From NCBI GenBank assembly GCA_028534125.1, contig CM052816.1:47184001-47248000 (forward strand): a stretch of DNA of 64,000 nt, in the 5' to 3' direction. This document shows, one piece after another, positions 53,162 to 64,000 of the stretch. Each line of letters opens with the position of its first letter. Position 1 is the first letter of the stretch. The position numbers and the translations under genes were made by a program. The notes below the pieces were generated by a model. That model searched no databases. It was not told the DNA's origin and saw nothing but the letters and a program-made list of their open reading frames with translations. This DNA comes from Lama glama (lineage: Eukaryota).

Positions 53162-56100
53162 AGAAAAATGTACTTCTTAATAGCTACTCAGATTACTGTT
53201 TGTGTGAATAAATTTTTATCTTTTATTTCACTCAGTAATGCCTGATAATGTGTGAGCAGAGGTCCCACACAGTCTGCAGCATTGAACTGGCTCTGCTTAG
53301 TTTTAAGCAGTGCACTCATGAAAGGCACCAAACAATAGCATCCCTGCGGGAAACTAGTAGCTGGCTGTGTCTCCATCCCAGAGAAGACAGAAAGTGGTGA
53401 AGGGCTTTAGAATCCAAGCTGTTTTCTGCCAACTTTGACCCTTCACAAAGAGGGTAGGGAAGAAGAAGGAAAGTAGAATTGTGTGTATGCTTGGGTACAT
53501 GATTTTCCTTCAAACTTGTAGTATGTGAAAAAATGACCTACTGCCTTCAGTGACATGCAGGAAACCAGAATTAAATGCCCAATATCCAGATTAACACCAA
53601 GGAGTCTGTTTATAGCCTATCTTTATCTTAATTATAACATATCTGGTATGCCTTTCACACCCTATGGACAGTCTAGCCGCAGTGACCTCTGTCTAGATTC
53701 TCTTTATTTTCCTATTGTACACGCCTACTTATTAGTCAAACATGTCTCCATTGATTACATAGGACAATGGCGCCACTGAATTCTAGGGTCACACATACAT
53801 CAGTTGATTTAGAAATTCTCTGCAGTTGTTACTGATGAAAATGTCCTTTGTTAAAGTGGTCTCCAAATTAAACACATATAACTTTAACAATTGGTTCATT
53901 TCAGGGTGAGGAAGAAAATTATTTTATTTCTATGGTCCTCTGTCCCCCTGTCAGTTTTATTTGTCATACCTATGTAGGACAACAGTTAAGATTTTTACAA
54001 AATCTTGAAAGTTTTAAAAGCACAAGTATGACTTTTTAAAATGTATGCCACTAAAATCTTGAACCCCGGAACCTGAAACTGATCCATCTCTTGTTATTAG
54101 CTCTGTTTTCTTCAGCTGAGTTTTATATGCATCTAAGCTGTCGCACCTGCTTCCAGTCTTACCCCTAGACCCAAACTAATTCTCAGCTCTGCTCTTCCCT
54201 GTTTGTAATTCTAACCACCTATTTGTTGAAATCTGTGTGTTTCAATCCCATTTATGCCAAGTTACATGGTACATGGGAGATACAGGATAAAGAAAGCCTT
54301 ATAATGACAATGGAGCCGTTGTAGTACTTGTCTGCCCTGTATGATGGCCCATAAAGTCTTAGAATCATTGGAGAAATATCTACTGATTTTATAATATGAA
54401 GCATATCATTTTCATTTATGAATAAAGCAGAAATAAAAATGGTGCTTGCAGAAAATCCAGAGTAGAAAATCCTTTGGTGGAAGTAAAACTTTTAAAAATT
54501 AAAGTATTTCTACAATTGATGGATTTTTTAAAAAAGAATCTTTTTTTATGAATAAGCTGTATTGCAGAGTAATATTGAGTCAGTTACATGAATTTGAGTG
54601 AGAAGAAAGCTATTTTACAAAGAATGATAAAGCTTCTCAGTAGTCCTATTATATTTGGTTAAAGGACTGGATCATTAGTCACATTTCCACAGTGCTTGTA
54701 TTTTACAGTGTGGATGGTTTAAGGTACAAAACCCTATTATGTATGTTTTTAAGGCTATGTTTTAAATTTTTAATTTGCCTTGTTTGCCAGACATACAGAT
54801 TTTATACAAAACAAAAAGTTGTGAATGGTTTAAATTGAAATAAATTCTAAGATATACTGTGTTAAATATTCAGTTCTATATATAATTTTGTAAATTAAAG
54901 GTTTACACATTAAATGCTATATTTGTTTGTTGTAGGAAACAGACGACTACAGCAAAGTAGCATAACTTAGTCACCTCTTCTGAATTCCTTAAGATTCTAA
55001 GTTGCTGTATTCTTTACAAAAATGTTCTGCTTTAGATTAATAAGAAAAATGAAACACTAAACCGTGAAGTGAACTGCATAAGATAACCAAGTTTCCTAGT
55101 GAGAAAGGAACACTCAAAGCTATTGAATCTGAGCCAAGGTACTTGTTTTGTTTTGAAAATTTGTGTATAGCATGTTGTGTCAAAACTTGGTTCTTTAACA
55201 GACCTTTGGAGATCTTCTGTGACATTAACGCTGTCAAATTATTCACCTTTCAGGTCACAAACATAGCGTTACATAGGGAACGTACTTGGGAAACAGGACT
55301 GTACTTTTGTTCATCAATTTATAATTAAGAATGACTTTTTTTTTCTTTTAGCCAGGAAATAATTTTCCTTCTGAATCTAAAAATATAAGGATAACTTTCA
55401 TTGTTGCTTTATTTCAATCCAGAAGATTACTTAATAGTTTTTGTCTGTTTGCTTTTACTTTTAAATAAAGGCTATGTTTTTGCTTTCAAAAATCTTTGGT
55501 TATTGTTTCTTTCCACAATCGAGTTAGGTTGAAGCTAGCTGTACTTTTCTTTGGGACCAGCTTTAAACTTACATAATAGTTTTTGGCTTATATCTGAGAG
55601 AATTTGAGGTTCTGTTTCTTTTCTCTGTAACTAAAATAAAGTAATTGAACCTTCATCTCTAAGAAAATATGAAAAATGTTTTAGTTAGAATTTGTCCAAA
55701 TTTGTTTTTTTTAACATTGGAAGACAGGATCAGATTATTTTTAAAAGGATTTTATTTGATAGGTCATAAGGATTAATGTACTTATTGTTAGTTTTCAGTG
55801 CTGTACTATAGCAGGTTCTTGGTATAGTTTCTAGGTTTCTTTGCAGTAAGAATGCAAAGTGTAATGCTTTGAATATTTTGGTTGTCTGTTCTTATGGAAA
55901 AATAGATACAGGAGGTTTAATCATTTGAACAGGAAAAAAATTAGGGGTTTTTTTTTTAATTGTTCATGGTCACAAAAACAAGGTTATAATCTTTCACAGA
56001 GTAGAAAAACTTTCAGTTTACATGGAAATTTCTTAAGTTGAGTAGAAATATGATCAATTTTTTAAAGATAATCCATCACATTTTGTAGGAAAGTTATTGA

Positions 56101-58139
56101 GAAATGTCTGTGAAAACCTCGATGTTTATTCCTTAGGATACTAGACATTAGATTTGTCTGTTGACAACATTTCCTATCAGAATGATTTCTTTGTATTTCT
56201 TTGCTTCTCAAAAGAGCATTGTTAAAATATCTTTGAATAATTTCAAGATATTAGGGTATAGACATTTTCTTAATCTGAGAATCAAGTCTTTAAAGCAAGC
56301 AATTATAACCTAATTAAAACATAGTAGTGCTTTGATACATGTATATTATTAAAGTTATTTTAGATCTGAGAGAAACTAGCTATTTTAGATCTAAATATTA
56401 AGCCTGTTCATTGTTTGAAAGCTCTTATCTCCTGCTTGAAGATAAATATATTTTAAATACTTTCTATTGAGTAAATCTTCCCACCTGTCCTTGACTTTTC
56501 TTTTCTGTTGTGGTTTTGTATTTATATCTATAAATTATGGCATAATTCCAATTATGAAAAATTGCTAACATTAAATTAAAACTTTAAAATGTCAGCCATG
56601 GGGGAGAAAAGAAATTTATTCCACCCCTAACGTTCTCTGTATTTTAGGGTTTGAGATTTTATAATATAAAGCAAAGTAAGTTAGCACTTAAAGTAGATGG
56701 TCTATTCAGCTAGGACTGAGGGGTTAATTAACAAGGGGAAAAATTGTTAAAAGAAAAAGAAAATGACTCTGCATCAATGATTCTGCATTTATAATTTTGA
56801 ATATTTACTAATATAATAATTAGGAAAGTCTAATGTACAGAATGATCTATGAAAGTAGTAATAGTGAGATAAAGGTAGTGGGAAGCATTTACTCATAGTG
56901 AAGGTACTTGGACATTATTTCCATTCATAAATAAATAAATGTTATGGTTTTAAGCTAGTAAGTATGTCATTATACATGTTTGTAAATATAGAAGCCTAAT
57001 TTTGGTATCACCATAATGTTATTTACATTATCAAGTTGTATTTATACACAAAAGTGTTAAAAATAACTGATTTACTTGGAAATTGTGGACAATTTATGAA
57101 AAAAGATCAGATTTAAAGAAAATAACTTTTAGAGAAATTTTATTTTGAAAGCCATTTCTATAGTATTTCAGGTGTAGTTTGTTATTATTCTATACAAATA
57201 ACGTTGTTAATATAAGCGTGTTTATAAGATTAGAGCATGAAAGGATTTTCTTCCTTATTTAAAAATAATCTGTTATATAAGTATTAGAGAAATTTGATGT
57301 ATCGCAATAAGAAACTTTGCTACTGTCTTAGCCAGTACAGAAAGTCTCTGTAAGTGATCTCAAAATAAAGTTACCATGGTTCTTAGTGAGGAACTAACTG
57401 GGGGTACCACAGCACACTTACCTCTTCTATCTCTTAAAAAAAGCCAGATTTATATTCTAATATGTCTAATGCTAACAAAAGTATGTCTTCTTTATAGGAG
57501 ATTTTTATGTAGTCTAGTACCATGTACTACTGTTTGGGTCTTTCATATATTAACTGAATAAAATACACATCGCTTTAAAAGTTTGGTAGAATAAGCAGTT
57601 GAGTTTTGAGCTGAAACATAAAGAAGCGTCTACAAAATAAAATCCCAAAGTAGACTTCAGTTGGTTCAGCAAATCTTTGTGTAACTCTTCTTGGCCAGGA
57701 ATGAACTGTTAAGGGTTATTGGTGGAAAATACTCAGATTTTTTAATTTTGTAGAGAGTTTATAACTCTTAAAAAAGCTGCCTATTCTCTATAAAATAGGT
57801 CAGATATTTGTTCTGTTCTGTATATATGTATATCAGATCTTTACCAGTGAAGGACTTAGATCGTATTGAAATCCTAAGATTTATGATGATAGTGCTTCAC
57901 AAGCATGGGAGACATTTCTAATAGTTGGTTAATGTTCAACTTCATTAACATTTTACTATATTTTAATTCATAGGACATGGAAATAATATCAGTGCATGTG
58001 GGCTTCACACTGTGATGTGAATTTGTGTGTGGTTTAGGTTCTGTTAAATTCAAGGATGTAATGTACTTTTTTCCAGAGTGGGGGGTAAATTGTAGATCAA
58101 GACTTTATAAAAATATAGATTGAATTTTCTAAAATGTTA

Positions 58140-60370
58140 ACTTGTATTCAATTACATATATATATAGATACACACATTGTTTATATAGACAAAAAGTGCT
58201 AAAAGTGCAATAAAAACTAAGAGTTCCCTTCCCTATCCTCTTGCCACTTTTCCTAGTCCTGTTTTAGCTGTTTATTTGGGCTTTTAAAAATCTTTATGTT
58301 TCTAAATATAATGCTTATACTACCGACTCTTAATTCATTACTTATAGTAGTTGAGGATTTTTCTTAAACTGTTCCATCCTCTGTGCTTTCTCTCCTTTAT
58401 ATTCTTAATGTACTTACTTTATAATTTTTGCTAAAATCCATATTCAGTGATTATTATACCTATGTAAATACTGTTCCTTTGTGAGTGCTGTGTAAGTAAG
58501 TGTAAGTAAGTAAGTAAGGTATTATTGCTTCCTTTGGCAATTTTTTAATTAATTAACAATTTTTTTAAGTTTTTAAATTTTTTTCCTTGTATTTAGTATT
58601 AATTCCACTAGATTTTCAGCATAGCTATTTCGCAAGGTCACTTACAAATTGTAGAAGTTCCTCTTCCCTCCCTCCCGCCACCTGCCATGGAGAGACCCTT
58701 CCTGGAGACCCCCTTTCTCTGGCTTTTTATCTGGATTGGTTGACCTTCAGGCCTCTTACACAATTGTCATCCTGGGACTTACTTTTGTTGTCATCCTAGG
58801 AATTCCCTTTGCCTTCTCCCAAGTTTAAGTTCTCATTTCCAGGATTCAGTGTTTTTCCTCTTTCTTTTGATTTGTTCAAATGTTTTGGAGCTTTCTGCCA
58901 AAGTGTGCCTGTGAGGTAACCAGTTTTAGACTTTGCAGTTTTGAAAGTGTCTTAATTCTGTGCTTTCATTTATTTGATTGGTATTTTAGTTGGATATTCA
59001 ATTCTAGGTTGTCAGTATTTTTCTTCATAATTTTGAAGACATAACTCCATTGTCCTCAATGGCAAAAGTTTCTGTCAAGAACTACAGTGTCATATTTAAT
59101 CTTTTGTATATGGCTTGTTTTCTTTATTTTTCTTTTCAGAAAGTTTTTACAATCTTCCTTTATTTGTCTGGTTTTTGAAGGTTTATGATCATTTACCTTA
59201 TTGGGAATCTTTTTTCGTTCTTTGTGCTAGACTTTTGGTAGGCCCTTTTAATTTGTAAGTTTTGAGTTTGGAAATTATCTTGTACTATGTCTTTGATAAT
59301 TTCTTCCTTTCTGTAATCCTCCCACCCCATTTTCTTTCTCCCTCTCACTTTTGTTAGGCAGATACTGTACCTCCTGGATCAATCATCTTGTTTTATCACC
59401 CTTTCTTCTTGGTGGAACTTTCCCTCAACTTTATCTTTCAGATTTATTTTTTAAAATTTACGTAACCATTCCTTTTCATAGCATCCTGTTCATGTTTCAA
59501 AAATGAATTTATCTTTGTTTAGCTTTATGAAATGTAGATGTATCTCATATATATAGATAATCTATATAAAAACACATCTATTTTTATATGTACATGTTAT
59601 TTGTATAACTTCTTATTCTACTGCCTGTATTATCTATCTATCTTTTCTCCAAGTTACTTTTCCCCCTTGCAAATTTTCTCTGAGTTTTTACATAAGATGC
59701 TATACTGTATACTGGCCTGAGTTGGCATCCTGTTTTTGTATAGCTCTGGAGCTGAGAATGGCTTTTAACATTTTTAAAGGGTTGTTTTCAAAAGAATTTT
59801 AAGCAGAAAGAAGAATATGGTACAGAGACTGTATGTGGCCCATAAAGCCTAGAATATTTACTGTCTGGTCCTTTACAGAAAAAGTTTTCTGATCCCTGCT
59901 CGAATGTCTGGGGATTCTTGACTTTTCTTTGATATATGAGAGTCAGACACTAAAACAAAATGGGAAACTCTAAGTAGGGCTTGGTTAGCTTCACTGAAGA
60001 ATAAGTTGGTAATGCTGAAGCTGGTTTTGTTTTAGGTAGTCCATATGTCATTACCTATTGGTCTTTTCTTTGGGGCCTTTTGGCTTCTTTAGAGGAGAGT
60101 CTCTAAATCTCCCTCCTGGAGTGTACAAACCTGCTGCACATGTTTCAAAGCTGAGTACACTTTTGAGTGTGTAGACTTTGACTTAATTATTCTGTTTTCA
60201 GTACATTTGCCTTAATCTAAGCTCTACTGTACCTCAGATTCAGTTTCTTCAGAGGCTAAATCTTAGTCTCCTACTGGAGTCTGTGGAGTTCGTTCCCTGA
60301 CGGCACAGGAAGGTAATGGGAGTGGAGAGTTGGGAGTCCAATTTCTGTTATACCTCTGTTTTCAGCCCAC
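58140..60370 (-). mobile_element. HAL1/L1ME-like ancient element
   Basis: 3' end, antisense ORF1 motifs (aattctaggttgtcagtattt...gacataactccattgtc) and a 5' region; no ORF2. Confidence 0.55.
59715..59900. mobile_element. MER58-type hAT-Charlie MITE
   Basis: tgtggcccataaagcctagaatatttactgtctggtcctttacagaaaaagtt...ccctg. Confidence 0.75.
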
Positions 60371-63300
60371 ACTATACTGCTCCATTTTTTAGAATCTTGT
60401 ACCTTACAGATTAAGTTTTCATGCAAAAGGCTAAAAGATTTAAACACAACTAGGAATTTTATCCAAAGTAAAATTAACTTAGTTGTTTTTTTTTTTTATC
60501 ATTGTGTAATCCTTTTGTCCTTGTGTACATTCTCATATTACTTTTTGATATTGGAAATTCAGTAATTTATTCAGTTATATAGAAAACATCAAGTGATTGC
60601 TGAGAACTATAAAGAAATCTTTAATTTTCAAAACTGCTCTCTGAGGTGGTGGATGTATGAGTTGCGTTTTACAAATAAAGAAACTAGAGACATAGGTTAA
60701 TTAATTTCTCATGGAGAATCACGTAGTAAAAGTAGAACCAAGATTCAGCGAGGCAGTCTAAATCTAGAGAAAGCGTTCTTTACATTTGTGTCAGCTGTTA
60801 TTCAAGGTAGCTTATTATGTACTTTGCAAGTGAATGATGGTGGTAAGTGCTATGAATTCATAAGAGGAAGGGGATGGTCTGGGCTGGAAAGACGGTGGTA
60901 AGCTTCATGAGGTATGTGGAGCTTGAGGCTTTGATTAGGTAGAGGGAAGGGAAGAGGGTAGTTCAGGTTATGATCCAAGTGAACAGTATAACTTAGAAAA
61001 TGGTAAATATACTATTCTGATTTAAGTGGAGGTTTGGGGACTAATGAATGAAAGCTTGAACATATGAATGTAGTCAGATCATAGTATTACAGATCAGAAT
61101 ATTGTATGTGTGTTTTACATTGTGGGTTATGAGAAGGTTTAGTTCCATTATGGGCTCAATGAATACTTGGTTTTAAGATTTATCTAGTATTTAATATGAA
61201 TTGAGGATGCAGGGATTATAACGTTTTAGGAGTTTATGGTGTAGGATTATATTAAAGTGTTAGTGATGTAAGGAAGATTATACTTCACATGTGGATTTGG
61301 TTGTGTCTAATTTTTTCCCCCTTTTTAACATTGATATATTTTGTAACTTATTTGATAATTCTCTGTTAACAAAGTTTGGTGGTAGGTGTCATCTTTGAAA
61401 AATTTCATTTTGGTCATTTGATACCACTTTTGGCTAAAGGTGTTGTTTTGGTTTTTAGTGTAAGTGGAGGAGTTATAAATGGCCTGTTTATAGACTTGAG
61501 TATTCATTTTCAGTAAAAATGAAGTAATGTTTTTCCAACCTGGGCTTAGGGCCCTCAGGCAGTGAGAAAGAGCATAAGTAGATATCAAAAGCAGTTCATT
61601 TGTGGTTTTGGAGTTTTTATGTTTTGTTTTTAGATCTTACTCCTTTTCCCTTATTCTCTCCCAATATGTAAGCTCTTCTTTAGAATGCCAGGAAAAAGAT
61701 GGCCCTGTAGTATTTGATACTAGAAAAATGAACCACTAGCTTTGTTTCTTTAATTTCTAAGTTTTGGAGAAGATAAATGAGTAAGGAACACAGGATTCAG
61801 ACTGTCCTGGAGGGAAAAGTTTGAGCATCTGTATTCTAGAATCTCATCACAACTCGAACAATGTTTCATACACTCCACCTTGAGTGTTGAAATTTAGATG
61901 AAGTTTCTTTTGAGACTTGTGAAATTGTTCTTGCTGTCTTAGAAAACTTGATATTCAGAGATAAATTCTCTACTTCATTGTAAGGAAAACTACTGTTTGC
62001 ATGGGATAAAACTCCAGTAGTCGTCTTTAAAATCAGGTCTTTTTTCCTTTATTTGCTTTCATGTTTTTCACACTTAACCTGGCTTCAGCTCTTATTAAAG
62101 TGATTAATATCACTTGTTAATCATAAATATAATGAAGTTATGCTTTTAAAATTACATAATTTAAAACATAATTATGTATTAGACTCTCATGCTTTATTTT
62201 CTCCTATAGAAATTAGGAAGTTTAAGCAAGGAAGTCTTAACTTTGTAGTTTATTAATAAAACTACTAAAAAATAAATCATAATGTAAATTTTAAACTACA
62301 ATATGTTTATTACTTTGATTAATTAGAAAACTATTCGAAGAGCTTAGATTGTGCAAGATGATGCAGAGTAGTGCTTTGTAACTTTTTTCCTGCCTGCACA
62401 CACAGCAGTCTCCTCTCAGAAGCATTCTTCATTACAAACAATATATTTTCACCCAGGTTAATGGGATGAGTTTGCAGTGATGGTGGGGCAGGTCCTGCCT
62501 TTATCTCCTCTAGCTGGAGACTTGTGATCACTGTCAGGGTTCTGTCCTGGATACAGTCTTCCTAATTGTTTTCCCTGGAAAGTCTTTTTACTTTAAGCAA
62601 CTATAGACAGCCAGTGTCTTTGATGTGAAAACATAAATGCAAAAACTCTAAAATGAATAATATTCTTATAGAAAAGAAGAAAAAAAGTAGGATATATGCA
62701 GTGATTAAGTTGTAGAAAAGTCTTTAAAAATTCACATCACATCTTAAAATGACATGGCAACTAAAAATGTGCTTTGTTAAATCCCTCTTAAGCATTTTAA
62801 TTGAAATTGACATCCAGTCAATTGACAACCCTCCTTAAGCTTAACATTACAAATTCATGCCAGCTTCTGCGGTGATGCAGTATACCCTTGTTGCTTAGAA
62901 ATGATTTAGTAGCTCTTAGCCCAAATAGGAAGTGGATTTACAACTATGTTTAGGGAAAACTTGTACAATAATCCTAGGTGATTTTAGAAAGAATTTTGAA
63001 GAAATAACACATGGAAGTATCACAGAATTCTACATTACAAAGTAAGAAATAGAATGTAAATATCACTCTTTAAATTCTTACTATGATTTGCAGAGATTGT
63101 TGATTTTGCAGATACATGAAACTTGAGGATTTATTTCTCTTGTTATAAAAATAATTGAGCTTCCCCTTTCCCCTAGTGTTCAATATTATAGAACAACTGA
63201 CATCTGTTATTAGGTGGATTAATAACTCATTTACTTCAGTAGACTTTCAGATTTCTGTGTGTTATTATATAACCAGAGTATTGCAGAGGTAAAGTGAACA

Positions 63301-64000
63301 AGAAACCTTGTGTCAGGATGCTGAATATTTGGTGGGGGAAATAATTGTAAACCAATGACATTTGCTTGTTCATTAGTTTTATTTCTTATATTAAAGAAGT
63401 AAGTTGTTCAAATATTTGGCCATTATATATATAACCTGAGTAATGATGAATATAAGAAGACATTTAGAATAAAAGTAACAATCCTGGTGAAGTGTCTTTA
63501 GAAGTTGTATGATTAAGCTCTATAGTGTATGTATTTCTAGTCATATGTATCCTAAAGCCTGTATTCATTATAGCAAATATGAAATATTCAGAGGTTTTTC
63601 TAATCAAAAAGTTCAGAGGTTCTCATCTAGCTTTTCATGATCTAGCTTTGTCTTGTCTTAGAAGCACATTAGGTACTTTATAGAATGTAGCATTATATGT
63701 AATATCATTATAATAGTCTGTAAAGAAATATATTAAAATGTTGAAGTAAATTTCTAGTACAGCAGTCTTGAGATAGTACTTCCAACTTACATGTAGAGTG
63801 TATTCTGAAATACTTGGAAATGCAATCATCTTTTTTTAAAGAAGCAATGCTATAAATGTCATTTCCTCCTCAGATGAGCCTATGAGAATTCATTTGACCT
63901 CTAATTAGTATATAGGACCATATTTTTTTCAAAGAAAATAATGCTATTATTGCTGGTGAGTAATTAGGAAAATAATTTGAGCAAGTATTTACTTGAATCA

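Noticed and set aside
56488..56495. TCCTTGAC U12 branch-point-like motif in intron 5
   Set aside because: No AG 10-20 nt downstream and no TMEM161B coding sequence follows.
62060..62890. CTTAAC...CAG motifs (~62073, ~62840) and GTATACCCTT (62880) as U12-flanked exon signals
   Set aside because: Imperfect consensus, and the downstream sequence does not encode exon 6 (KVLFSLT... as recalled).

Overview
This is AT-rich mammalian genomic DNA containing the 5' half of TMEM161B on the + strand. A CpG-island promoter lies at about 10.75-11.66 kb. Exon 1 contributes only the ATG (11382-11384). Coding exons 2-5 lie at 32070-32173, 44189-44272, 46388-46485 and 49927-50083, and splice into one open frame of 148 codons plus 2 nt ([12 protein letters not shown]...LVLSFA(I)). 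Intron 5 begins GTATCCTT, a U12-type (minor spliceosome) donor, and runs past the end of the window. The rest is intronic or intergenic and rich in repeats: MaLR/ERV LTRs, L1, HAL1-like elements, L2, MIR and Tigger/Charlie/MADE DNA transposons, plus a 100-N gap. The repeat content suggests an artiodactyl, most likely a camelid (inference). Nearly all listed ORFs are spurious or decayed L1 ORF2. I find no convincing novel multi-gene system. The best leads are a candidate in-frame 21-nt microexon in intron 1 that copies the exon-1 ATG|GTGAGT junction, the long U12 intron, an approximately 40-bp L1 insertion with a perfect TSD, a MER21 fragment captured inside MER82, and asymmetric CpG retention in that MER82. 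Repeat family names come from recalled consensus sequences and need RepeatMasker/Dfam confirmation.
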